32,000 nt of DNA from Candidatus Baldrarchaeum yapensis (lineage in GTDB: Archaea > Asgardarchaeota > Baldrarchaeia > Baldrarchaeales > Baldrarchaeaceae): NCBI GenBank assembly GCA_016840465.1, contig JAEOSH010000005.1:1-32000 (forward strand), in the 5' to 3' direction. A model generated the notes under the pieces. The model was given only the letters and a program-made list of their open reading frames with translations, ran no database searches and was not told where the DNA came from. Made by a program: the position numbers and the translations under genes. Below, in pieces: positions 1 to 8,867 of this stretch (position 1 is the stretch's first letter; every line of letters starts with the position of its first letter).

Positions 1-653
1 GCCTTCACTCCCAGCCCAAGGAAGAATGCTACAAAGCACATATTCACGAAACCCATGTCTAATGTTTCCTTATTCTCGAGGAAGAACTCTGCAAGATCCG
101 TGAATCTTAATGTCGTTTGTTGCGATAAGAGAAGCACTGCGGATATTAGCAGAACCGATGCACCTATGCTACAAAGTACGAGATACTTTAATCCCGCCTC
201 AATGGACTCCGGTCTCCGGTCGTGGATTACGAGTACCGTTGAGACGACCGTTACTATCTCTAGGAATATGTACAGTGTTAGTAAATCTGCAGCGACCGCC
301 ATTCCGTACATGCTAGCTATGAACAACGCTGAAAATACATAGTATTCCCGCTGGAGACTTTGCTCCTCTTCGCTCATATACGAAAGAGACGCTATCATTG
401 CAAGAGCGCCGAGAAGTAATACTAGCCAGCCGGTGAGCGCGCCGAGGCCATCAACGTTAAACAACACCGTCAGCGTATCCACGGCTTCCCCGTCAAGTAT
501 TGCAAGTTTTGCGCCATAACTTGCAGCTATAAACGCGAGTATTGAAAATACTGTTGTAGGAATTCCATTCCTGTTCTTTGGCATTACAAATTCGAGCAAT
601 GCTCCTATGAGGAGAACACTGAGTATGCACTCGGGCGCGATCAGACAGGTCAT
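1..653 (-). CDS. Antiporter-like ion-translocating subunit (NuoN/MrpD/HyfF family) of the membrane-bound hydrogenase; truncated by window start
   Basis: Not in ORF track. Hand translation from ATG 653 (ATGA overlap with upstream stop) is open to base 1: MTCLIAPECILSVLLIG...DLLTLYIFLEIVTVVS...ESIEAGLKYLVL...FFLGLGVK. These are the conserved LF.FLE, EAG.KY and G.K motifs. Confidence 0.9.
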   Translation of the reverse strand, partial: MTCLIAPECILSVLLIGALLEFVMPKNRNGIPTTVFSILAFIAASYGAKLAILDGEAVDTLTVLFNVDGLGALTGWLVLLLGALAMIASLSYMSEEEQSLQREYYVFSALFIASMYGMAVAADLLTLYIFLEIVTVVSTVLVIHDRRPESIEAGLKYLVLCSIGASVLLISAVLLLSQQTTLRFTDLAEFFLENKETLDMGFVNMCFVAFFLGLGVK

Positions 654-1267
654 CCTACCAACCTCCTCAAACTCCAACTATTAATCGTTCCAGTCTTTTG
701 ATATGCAAGCAACGCCAAATAGAGAACCATTCCGACTACGGTTAATGTTATCAGACTACAAAGCGCGCTTTGGATCATCACTACACCTCCTACATATTCG
801 GTTGCGGAAAACACTGAGCACAGATGTAGGCCCTCGTCGATTATTGCAAGACCCACTGCGAACTTCACAATATTTCCCTTTACCAAGAGCGCATAGAGCC
901 CAACTATAAACATCGCGACCGCCAATTGCTGGTACCATGTCAGTCCTCTAACCAAGGTCCCACCTGCTGCAAATACCGTTAATGCAATAAGGGCCAGCAA
1001 CGCCATGGATGTTCCACCGCCCACAGGTTCTCTTTCCACTGGCGGCAGCTTTCTAAGGACATACAGCATCATTGAAGGTACTGCAACGCCATATACCAAC
1101 AGAACCATTGATGCTTCTATTGCATGCGGTGAGAGCCCAGCAAGCGCCGCGCCGAGTATTCCCGCTATGCCCAACAGGTATGCGGAATATCTTAGGTTTC
1201 TTGTCTCTACTGCTAATATCCCAAATATCACGAGTATCACTGAAATTGCGCTTTCCACATAACTCAT
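650..1267 (-). CDS. HyfE-like membrane subunit (NuoJ/NuoK-related)
   Basis: 205 aa, multi-TM. VAVPSMML...EREP linker as in HyfE; C-terminal half NuoK/MnhC-like (KGNIVKFAVGL, INSWSLRRLVG); operon context. Confidence 0.75.
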   Translation of the reverse strand: MSYVESAISVILVIFGILAVETRNLRYSAYLLGIAGILGAALAGLSPHAIEASMVLLVYGVAVPSMMLYVLRKLPPVEREPVGGGTSMALLALIALTVFAAGGTLVRGLTWYQQLAVAMFIVGLYALLVKGNIVKFAVGLAIIDEGLHLCSVFSATEYVGGVVMIQSALCSLITLTVVGMVLYLALLAYQKTGTINSWSLRRLVG

Positions 1268-1812
1268 TTCATCATCACCATCAAGATTTTTCTTCCAGCC
1301 TCAATATTTTCTATCTTGCGTCTGCAATTCGGACATACCTCAACAATCTGACGGAACTTCTCAATATCTATATTGTACTTCTTTAGGAGGTCTGCGACCT
1401 TTTCGAGTCCCATTTCAAGTTGCGGTTTTGGAACAAATGGAGTTCCACAAATTCTACAGGTGAGGAGAGGGACCGTGACCTTGACATAAAACGCAGACTT
1501 ATCGTAATCGCTCAATTCGAATTCGCGAGAGAGTTTTACTGCCTCTGCTGGGCATACTTCCTCACATCTCGCACAGAACGTACATTTTCCATAGAAATAT
1601 GATATGGTTCTCTCCGCACCCTTATCTTCTATTGTTATCCCCTCTGCTGAACAGACCCTAGCACATGCCCCACACCCAATGCACTTCTCGGGATCCACTT
1701 CAGGCTTTCCGCGGAATCCCTCCGGTGCTGGCGATGGTTCGTAAGGATATTTTATTGTGAAGGGACGTTTAAACAGGGCTTTTATCGTTTCAATAATTGT
1801 TCGCTCCTTCAC
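1264..1812 (-). CDS. NuoI/HycF-like 2x[4Fe-4S] subunit with extra CxxC...CPxC metal site
   Basis: TIKYPYEP...GFRGKP start; CIGCGACARVC and CTFCARCEEVCP; C-terminal CRIC...CPNC as in HycF. Confidence 0.93.
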   Translation of the reverse strand: MKERTIIETIKALFKRPFTIKYPYEPSPAPEGFRGKPEVDPEKCIGCGACARVCSAEGITIEDKGAERTISYFYGKCTFCARCEEVCPAEAVKLSREFELSDYDKSAFYVKVTVPLLTCRICGTPFVPKPQLEMGLEKVADLLKKYNIDIEKFRQIVEVCPNCRRKIENIEAGRKILMVMMK

Positions 1813-1815
1813 GTA

Positions 1816-2832
1816 TCACACCCCCACTACCGCATATAATACCAACATCTCTCCTATAAGTCCCACGAGCGAGAGCAGAAGAGCTACCTTCATGAAGAAC
1901 TTGTACGCCTGATCTATCCTGTATCTCGGATTTATGATGTCTATGTATGCCAGTATCAGTACTATCACAAAGCACTTTATCAGGAATGTTATGATGCTCG
2001 TATCTCCGCCTATGAACAATATCACGGTGAACGCTGGAAGCACGAACCACTTCAACGCGTTTGTTACCTCGAAGAGTCCCAATAACTTTCCTGAGTATTC
2101 GGTGAGTGGCCCTGCAAGTATTTCGCACTCGGCCTCGGGTATATCAAATGGCCTTTTGCCCATCTTCGCTAATACGCATAATAGGAACGATATGAATAGA
2201 CAAATCCTAAATACCACGCTCAGTACATATAGCATCGGGTCTAATCCTTCCACAGACGTTATCAGGAACGGGCCTTCCTTCGCCTGTTTGACCATCATCT
2301 CGTTGACACTAAGGGTTTTCATGAATATCACGACACCAACTATTGACACTGCAAACGGGAGTTCGCTGGATAACAGTAGGTTTACCCTTCGGCTAGCACC
2401 AACTGCACCGTAGGGCGATGCTGAACTTGCTCCCGCAACTATCTCACCGACTTCTATCAATGCGAGTAGGTATAGTATGACTATTATATCCGCCCAGAAT
2501 GCCAATGGACTCACGAGGGGTTCTGCCGTCGGAAGAACATGCGCTGGTATCGGCAATAGCCACAGAGCTGTTACACAGCCTGTTAGCGCTATTATTGGCG
2601 CCAGCACGAATAGCGTTCTATGTGCCACCTTAGGAATTATTGTCTCCTTATTGAACAATTTCACAATGTCTGCGAATACTTGATACCATGGTGGTCCTAC
2701 TCTTGACTGCATTCTTGCTCGAAGCTTTCTATAACTCCAGAGAAACATTGCACCCATAAAGAATGCAAATAAACCTCCGGGATAAAGAGCCGCATATATT
2801 ATTGCTAATATGACTTCCATAACGTCCGTCAT
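1816..2832 (-). CDS. NuoH/HycD/EchB-like membrane subunit
   Basis: RKLRARMQSRVGPPWYQVFADIVKLFNKE, ASSASPYGAVGASR, KRPFDIPEAECEILAGPLTEYSG motifs. Confidence 0.96.
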   Translation of the reverse strand: MTDVMEVILAIIYAALYPGGLFAFFMGAMFLWSYRKLRARMQSRVGPPWYQVFADIVKLFNKETIIPKVAHRTLFVLAPIIALTGCVTALWLLPIPAHVLPTAEPLVSPLAFWADIIVILYLLALIEVGEIVAGASSASPYGAVGASRRVNLLLSSELPFAVSIVGVVIFMKTLSVNEMMVKQAKEGPFLITSVEGLDPMLYVLSVVFRICLFISFLLCVLAKMGKRPFDIPEAECEILAGPLTEYSGKLLGLFEVTNALKWFVLPAFTVILFIGGDTSIITFLIKCFVIVLILAYIDIINPRYRIDQAYKFFMKVALLLSLVGLIGEMLVLYAVVGV

Positions 2833-3989
2833 TTCCTCTTCCTCCCGTACCTTATCATAAATTCGTTGAACGTCATTATCTTCTTTTCATTAGTTCGCGA
2901 ATCAACAATAATCACTCTCTCAGTACATGCAACACACGGATCGACGCTCGCAAATATTAACGGGGCATCCGCAATGGTTTCTTCAAGTAACATTGGCTTT
3001 ACCGATGCAATGTTCATGAAACTCGGAGTTCTGACTTTCACCCTTTCGGGCACATTTGTACCGTTTGATTTGATATAATACACGAGCTCTCCTCGTGGAG
3101 CCTCTACTCTTCCGAAAGCCTCACCTGGCGGAAATCTACTTACCTCAGTAACTATGGGGCCTGGTGGAAGCTTCTCTAAACTTTCATTCACCATTTTAAT
3201 GGATTCATACACTTCGTACACTCTGACGAGTGTCTTTGCGAGTACGTCACCCTCATCGAACACTATCATTTCCCAATCAAGTCTATCATATGCAGCATAA
3301 GGATCGTCCTTACGAATATCGGATGCTATTCTAGATGCCCTTGCGGTTGGTCCAACAACACCGTAGCGTTTTGCCTCCTCATGCGTTAATACGCCGACGC
3401 CCTTCACACGAGCTTCTATTACTGGATCCTGGAGAATTGCCTCAACCGTTTTGTCGAAAGCATTTTTGATAGTATCCATGTACTTCTTTACTAGCCTTAT
3501 TGTCTTTTCATCAACGTCCCTTCTGACACCACCAATGGTGTTATACGCATAGTTTACCCGGTTTCCAGTAATTATTTCCAGAAGATCCTGGACGTACTCC
3601 CTATCCCGCCATATCTGCATGAAGAGCGTATCAAACCCTATGATGTGCATCGCGACTCCTAACCATAAGAGATGGCTATGAATACGTTCGAGCTCTGCAA
3701 CTAATACTCTCAGAAACAGTGCTCTTTCGGGAGGAGTTACACCTGCAACGTCTTCAACCGTTTGGCAATAGCAGGTCGTGTGCGCATCACTACAAATTCC
3801 ACAAACGCGCTCGAATAGGAAAATATTTTGCCAGTAAGTTCTTCTCATCGCCAGATATTCGATGCCGCGATGGTGATATCCGAGTTTTATGTCGGCATCT
3901 TTGATTCTCTCTCCCTCCACCTCTAACTTGAGAAAAATGGGTTCCTTGAGCGCAACATGATACGGACCGATTGGTATTGTCGCCGCCAT
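2829..3989 (-). CDS. Group 4 [NiFe]-hydrogenase large subunit (EchE/MbhL-like), with C-terminal extension after L2
   Basis: L1 ERVCGICSDAH and L2 DPCVACTER, so all four Ni-ligating Cys are present; ELERIHSH and EAPRGE motifs; separate NuoC-like gene. Confidence 0.96.
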   Translation of the reverse strand: MAATIPIGPYHVALKEPIFLKLEVEGERIKDADIKLGYHHRGIEYLAMRRTYWQNIFLFERVCGICSDAHTTCYCQTVEDVAGVTPPERALFLRVLVAELERIHSHLLWLGVAMHIIGFDTLFMQIWRDREYVQDLLEIITGNRVNYAYNTIGGVRRDVDEKTIRLVKKYMDTIKNAFDKTVEAILQDPVIEARVKGVGVLTHEEAKRYGVVGPTARASRIASDIRKDDPYAAYDRLDWEMIVFDEGDVLAKTLVRVYEVYESIKMVNESLEKLPPGPIVTEVSRFPPGEAFGRVEAPRGELVYYIKSNGTNVPERVKVRTPSFMNIASVKPMLLEETIADAPLIFASVDPCVACTERVIIVDSRTNEKKIMTFNEFMIRYGRKRK

Positions 3990-4001
3990 CTCAACACCAC
4001 C

Positions 4002-4886
4002 TCATATTTTCACCTTCTCCAGAACATTCTTCACGGGAATCCTGTGAAGTTTGATCCCGATTTCATCGGGGGAAATACCAAACGAAAGTGCAAGTAGTTC
4101 CATTATGTGCAAAACCGGAATCCTAAAGGTCTCTTTTACGTATCTTCTCAGTTCCGTCTGTCCTAGTTCAAATTGTATATAACATGCAGGACATGCAAGG
4201 ACTATGCAGTCCGCATTGGATTCCCTCATGTTCTTAAGCTTTACATGCAGCCTGTTTTTCAGCGAAAACTCCACATTTGCCTGTCTAGCTGGATATCCAC
4301 AACATAATCTTTCAACACCATACTCCACGAGATTAGCTTCCGTGACCCTAATTAGTTCCTCAAGAAGCCGTGGCTTTTTCCATACGTCCTCATCATCCGG
4401 TTTTGCAGATCTAAATAGGTGGCAACCATAATGAACAGCAACATTAAGGCTCCTCAGAGGCCTCTTGACGTATTCTTTTAACTTCTCGATGCCTATATCC
4501 TCTCCAAGTACCTCAACTACATGCTTCACTTCTATTTTACCTTCAACCTTCTTTCCAATACCGCTCAACACCTGATTTACTTCATTACGCAACTCTGCAT
4601 CCTCTTTGAGCATATGATTGACCTCAAATAGCGTTTCATAGCAACCATTGCATAGGGTCATAATGTCCTTGCCTTTAGCTTCGGCAAGTGCTATATTCCT
4701 AGCTGCGAGTGCGGTCCACAACTTTCTTGCAACAAGCTTTGAAATTACAGGTTCAGGGCAACAAGACGCTCCCTCTAACTCCTCAATCGAAACTCCCAGT
4801 ACTTCAAAGACTTTCCTAGATGCCGCTTCAATGTTTGGCATCCTCGCGGGAATGTAGCATCCCCAAAATGCAACATATTCGGGCAT
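4002..4886 (-). CDS. hdrB: Heterodisulfide reductase subunit B (two CCG domains)
   Basis: FWGCY, SCCPEP, CNGC in domain 1; HYGCHL, LCCG, CPAC in domain 2: ten Cys as in HdrB. Confidence 0.9.
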   Translation of the reverse strand: MPEYVAFWGCYIPARMPNIEAASRKVFEVLGVSIEELEGASCCPEPVISKLVARKLWTALAARNIALAEAKGKDIMTLCNGCYETLFEVNHMLKEDAELRNEVNQVLSGIGKKVEGKIEVKHVVEVLGEDIGIEKLKEYVKRPLRSLNVAVHYGCHLFRSAKPDDEDVWKKPRLLEELIRVTEANLVEYGVERLCCGYPARQANVEFSLKNRLHVKLKNMRESNADCIVLACPACYIQFELGQTELRRYVKETFRIPVLHIMELLALSFGISPDEIGIKLHRIPVKNVLEKVKI

Positions 4887-4898
4887 CTTGCTTTCACC

Positions 4899-5570
4899 TC
4901 ACTTATATCTTAGCCTCTTCTTCTCCCAATCATACCCGGCTTCCTTATCAAATCCAGTTTCCTTCACTATTTCATGAACTTCCTTGAGAGCGTCCTCAAC
5001 AACGGCGGTTGTGGGCAATTGCGACGACAATTTTAGTTCCTCTCTCCTCCTTGCAAGTGGCGGTGCTATTTCTAATGGCTGCCCTTTGGTTATGAGCATT
5101 TCAACACTGGGTCTCTGGTCCTTTGGAATGACGCCCTCCATCGGTTTGCGCAGTGGATGAACCCCCTCTGGTAATTCGAATGGTAGTAGAAGTCTCCTTG
5201 GATCCGGATGACCTTCAAATTTTACCCCGAACAAATCGGAGATTTCACGCTCTATCCATTGAGCAGCAGGCAGGAACTCGGCAATGCTATCTATGGAAGA
5301 TTCCTCCTTCTTGACAATCGTTCTCAGGCTGAGGACGTTACCGCCACCGACGTCTATATGGTATACCATTTCGAAATCCGTGCCATTATCCACACATGAA
5401 ATAGTGATAAAACGGGCGTCGAAATTGTCGATCAAAAACTTTACCATGGACTTTACGGCATCCTTCTCAACGTTAGCAAAGTACCTCTTATCCCGCTTCT
5501 TATAGTATCTTATGAACTTATCCCCAAATTGCTCCTTCAGTTTTGAAATTATTTCCTCGACACTAATCAA
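4899..5570 (-). CDS. NuoC/EchD/MbhK-like subunit fused to an HdrC-like C-terminal tail
   Basis: aa 1-142: WIEREISDLFGVKFEGHPDPRRLLLP...HPLRK (complex I 30 kDa family). aa ~146-223: LPTT...DALKEVHEIVKETGFDKEAGYDWE resembles recalled HdrC C-termini. TTG start after GTGAGGATGA. Confidence 0.85.
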   Translation of the reverse strand: MISVEEIISKLKEQFGDKFIRYYKKRDKRYFANVEKDAVKSMVKFLIDNFDARFITISCVDNGTDFEMVYHIDVGGGNVLSLRTIVKKEESSIDSIAEFLPAAQWIEREISDLFGVKFEGHPDPRRLLLPFELPEGVHPLRKPMEGVIPKDQRPSVEMLITKGQPLEIAPPLARRREELKLSSQLPTTAVVEDALKEVHEIVKETGFDKEAGYDWEKKRLRYK

Positions 5571-5582
5571 TCATCCTCACCC

Positions 5583-7553
5583 CTATAGGAATAATATCGC
5601 TAGAATTATTGCAAGGAAGGCTGCAAGAACTATGGTATACACGTTAAGGTATCCTATTTGCACTTTTCTCAACTTCTCTGACGCTTTTACGACCAACTTG
5701 CCTATTCCGAACCAGAGTATGTCGAGGCCTCCTCTTTTCATGAACTTGTATAGTTTCTCAAACATGACCTCAGATCCGAAGAGAAACGCCTCCGGATCTG
5801 GGCGAACCCTATTTATGTCAAGGTAAGGTTGTTCGATTTCACCACCAGTGAATACGTCAATTTCCACCTCGGCAGGAGTTCTTGGCGCTAGTCCTATTCT
5901 GTAAATAGCGAGTCCCAGTATTATCGATGCAACTATCAGTCCCGTAACAAGAGTGGCAAAGTATCCTCCGAGCATTGTGGTTTCAACAAACCCTAGCCAT
6001 GTAACGTGAACTTCCCCGCCAACTAGTGCAACGGATGCGGGAATTATAAGTCGTAGCGGAACTTGAGGAACAACTCCGAAGAACAAGCATAGAAACGCCA
6101 GTATTGTTATCGAAACCTGCATTGGTAGAGGTACCTCTTTAACCTCCTTCAACTTCTCCGGTCGCGATCCGAAGAATGCTGAATATAGCAGCTTCATAAA
6201 GCTTGCAAGTGTAGCTGCACTGACGAACATAGCAATTACTGCATAAACAATGAACAGAGAACCAGCAAGACCACCTAACTCTATTCCTCTCCCCAGTGCG
6301 GCCTCATATATCATTAACTTGCTGACAAATCCGTTGAACGGCGGAATTCCGGAAACCGAAAACGCAGCAAATATGCAGGCGACTGCTGTCACTGGCATGT
6401 TCTTTGCGAGTCCACCCATTTCATCAAGGTATCTTGTACCGGTTGCGTATATTAGACAACCTGCACATAAGGAGAGCAATCCTTTGAATATTGCGTGATT
6501 CAGCAAGTGGAAGAGTCCTGCTGCAACACCAAGTGCAGTTCCGATTCCAACTCCCAAGAACATGTATCCTATTTGACTAATTGTGTGATACGCGAGCAAT
6601 CTCTCGATATCCTTTTGAGCAAGAGCGCACATCACGGCTACCGTCATTGTGATTACGCCTATCGTTGAAACGGTAAGCTGCCAGAGGAGACTCTTACCCA
6701 GGACTTCTCCAAACAGGAAATACATTCGCGCAACGAGATATATACCTGCTTTAACCATCGCGGCTGCATGCAGAAGCGCAGTGGCTGGAGACGGGGCAAC
6801 TGTGGCATCGGGTAGCCATGTATGCAACGGGAATTGAACGGATTTTGCAATTGCTGCGACAAGGAATAGCACCGCAATTATCACGGCAACATCCTTACAG
6901 TATATCAGTTTTCTTGGAAGTTCCTCGAATAGAAGAGTTCCCGCTGCTAGATACGTCCAAATAATCCCTACTAGTAATGCAAGCCCTGTTCCGTGTGTGA
7001 GCATGATTGCCTTGTATGATGCTCTTAAATGATCCGGCTTCTCATAGTGGAACCCTGTAAGGAGATATGAGCATATGCCTACCAGTTCCCAGAAGACGAA
7101 TAGTAGTATCAGGTCGCCTGCAAATGCTAACCCGGTCATGGAGCCTATAAATATCAGCATTACCGCATAGAATCTTCCTAGGTGTTCTTCTCGCTCCATA
7201 TCGGCCACTGCATATAGGAGATCCAGTGTGCCAAAGCCTGATGCTATCCCAGCTATTAACAAACTTAGACTGTCTATGTAAAGGGCAAATTCCATTCCTA
7301 TGAACGGTTGCGCTATCATTGGAACTAGTGCTGCAAATTTTTCTGAAAACTCGAGCGTGAATATCACTTTTCCTTTCTCGAGTACTTCTGGTATCAGCAT
7401 GAAGACCAGTGCTGCAGATATGAATGCTATTATTGTCGAGAACCAGCCGACTCCCTTCTTTGAAACATTACCCAGAGGGTACGCAAAAATTGCGGCCAGT
7501 ATTGGGATCGAAAACGCAAGAACTCCGATCATTCCCGGATCCAACCCTACCAC
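5583..7553 (-). CDS. NuoL/MrpA/HycC-like antiporter subunit
   Basis: WELVGICSYLL, KSVQFPLHTWLPDA, TISQIGY, NHAIFKGLL, PPFNGFVSK; C-terminal amphipathic helix plus TM. Confidence 0.95.
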   Translation of the reverse strand: MVGLDPGMIGVLAFSIPILAAIFAYPLGNVSKKGVGWFSTIIAFISAALVFMLIPEVLEKGKVIFTLEFSEKFAALVPMIAQPFIGMEFALYIDSLSLLIAGIASGFGTLDLLYAVADMEREEHLGRFYAVMLIFIGSMTGLAFAGDLILLFVFWELVGICSYLLTGFHYEKPDHLRASYKAIMLTHGTGLALLVGIIWTYLAAGTLLFEELPRKLIYCKDVAVIIAVLFLVAAIAKSVQFPLHTWLPDATVAPSPATALLHAAAMVKAGIYLVARMYFLFGEVLGKSLLWQLTVSTIGVITMTVAVMCALAQKDIERLLAYHTISQIGYMFLGVGIGTALGVAAGLFHLLNHAIFKGLLSLCAGCLIYATGTRYLDEMGGLAKNMPVTAVACIFAAFSVSGIPPFNGFVSKLMIYEAALGRGIELGGLAGSLFIVYAVIAMFVSAATLASFMKLLYSAFFGSRPEKLKEVKEVPLPMQVSITILAFLCLFFGVVPQVPLRLIIPASVALVGGEVHVTWLGFVETTMLGGYFATLVTGLIVASIILGLAIYRIGLAPRTPAEVEIDVFTGGEIEQPYLDINRVRPDPEAFLFGSEVMFEKLYKFMKRGGLDILWFGIGKLVVKASEKLRKVQIGYLNVYTIVLAAFLAIILAILFL

Positions 7554-7559
7554 CTCGCT

Positions 7560-8012
7560 TCATTCTTTATAAATTTCTTTGAGTAATGCTGTAGCCTCTT
7601 CACGTGGAACAAATCTTAATGCTCTCGATGAGCAGAACTTCACGCACTCCGGATCACCATCGCATAGATCACACTTTATCGAAACCCTCAACGCTTCATT
7701 GAACCACGGGACAGAAAGTGGACACATGACATTACACAACTGGCAACCTATGCACTTCATTACGTCTATTGTCACTATTCCGGTATCCTCGTCTTTAACG
7801 ATTGCCGACACTGGGCACACCGTTGCACAAATGGGCTCTTCGCAATGGTGACAATAAACAGCTTCAAACCTTTTTAATTCTTCAGCGAAGCTTATCTTTA
7901 TATTTGAGAGGTTGTAATCGAGAACCCCGTAGTGTTTATAGGAGCATGCGATCATGCACGATGTACATCCCGTACATCTCCACGGATTATAAACAAGTAC
8001 CATTTGCGTCAT
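7560..8012 (-). CDS. HycB/CooF/DmsB-like 4x[4Fe-4S] protein, first gene of the hydrogenase operon
   Basis: 16 Cys in four groups (CTGCTSCMIAC, CHHCEEPICATVCP, CIGCQLCNVMCP, CDLCDGDPECVKFC). Confidence 0.93.
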   Translation of the reverse strand: MTQMVLVYNPWRCTGCTSCMIACSYKHYGVLDYNLSNIKISFAEELKRFEAVYCHHCEEPICATVCPVSAIVKDEDTGIVTIDVMKCIGCQLCNVMCPLSVPWFNEALRVSIKCDLCDGDPECVKFCSSRALRFVPREEATALLKEIYKE

Positions 8013-8375
8013 CTGCGTCCCTCTCTTAATGGTGGTTAATTGAAAGTCATGAGCAACATTGAATCAGTACCTACATTTTTAAACATTTTTTGCCACAAAA
8101 AACCAGCAATCAAACCTGTTACGAAGATCTTCCATAGCAATAGCCCGTTATTGATAATCATAACAATAATCAAAATAATTTTTATACAAACGGACATTAA
8201 GATGCGTCATACTTTCGAATAAGGAAACCATCAATGATGTAATTGCAAAGAGAAGGAGCTATCTATCTATATTTCGTTTTTTGAACAATAAGGTGCTAAA
8301 GTGATACTATTAAGGGTAAAAGTAAGACCGACCGCCGGAAAATCCTGCCTCATTTTGATCTTTGATGTAAAGAAT

Positions 8376-8405
8376 GTTGTTACGTTTATTTAAAAAAGTA
8401 ACAAC
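8376..8405. promoter_or_regulatory. Perfect 8-bp inverted repeat with 14-bp AT spacer in the divergent promoter region
   Basis: GTTGTTAC (8376-8383) / GTAACAAC (8398-8405) flank GTTTATTTAAAAAA. Confidence 0.45.
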
Positions 8406-8867
8406 TCTTTCTTTTTGTACCCTCTCATGTGTATTTGATAGCCCGGCAAAAACGTATTGCAATTCGCTTTGCGTAGGTTGTAAGATCATGTGCCTTATGC
8501 ACTTTTTCGCTCCCTAACAATATAATCGGAGACTGAGTATCAATTCTTCTCCTTTGTTGTTATTTCTTTGAGAAGAAAGTTAAAATAATTTACCTTTTGG
8601 GGGGAAATATATGAACGTTGACGTTTGAAGAAAAAATTACAGTAACATCTCTACAATCATTGTATTTAATATCCAAGTGTTTTTCGTTTATCGTAAATTG
8701 ATTATATTGTGCGTCGACTAATTTTAGACGGAAGGAGATATTAGTTTTTCTTCCTCTCTACGCAAAAGATATAAAACTTTCTTATCATAACATTGCCGGA
8801 ACGTATTAGCAGTCCGTTAGGCCCATTTACGCTTCCGAATAGGACAGTGAGAACGAGAGGATCGAGT

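Noticed and set aside
55-7851. Many plus-strand ORFs overlapping the hydrogenase operon, and similar antisense ORFs elsewhere (e.g. 9389-10312, 18513-18995, 24786-25277)
   Set aside because: Ser/Thr/Ile-rich antisense shadows of well-supported genes with no motifs.
8013-8867. SurR (GTTn3AAC) or Rex sites controlling the hydrogenase
   Set aside because: No convincing match found by eye.
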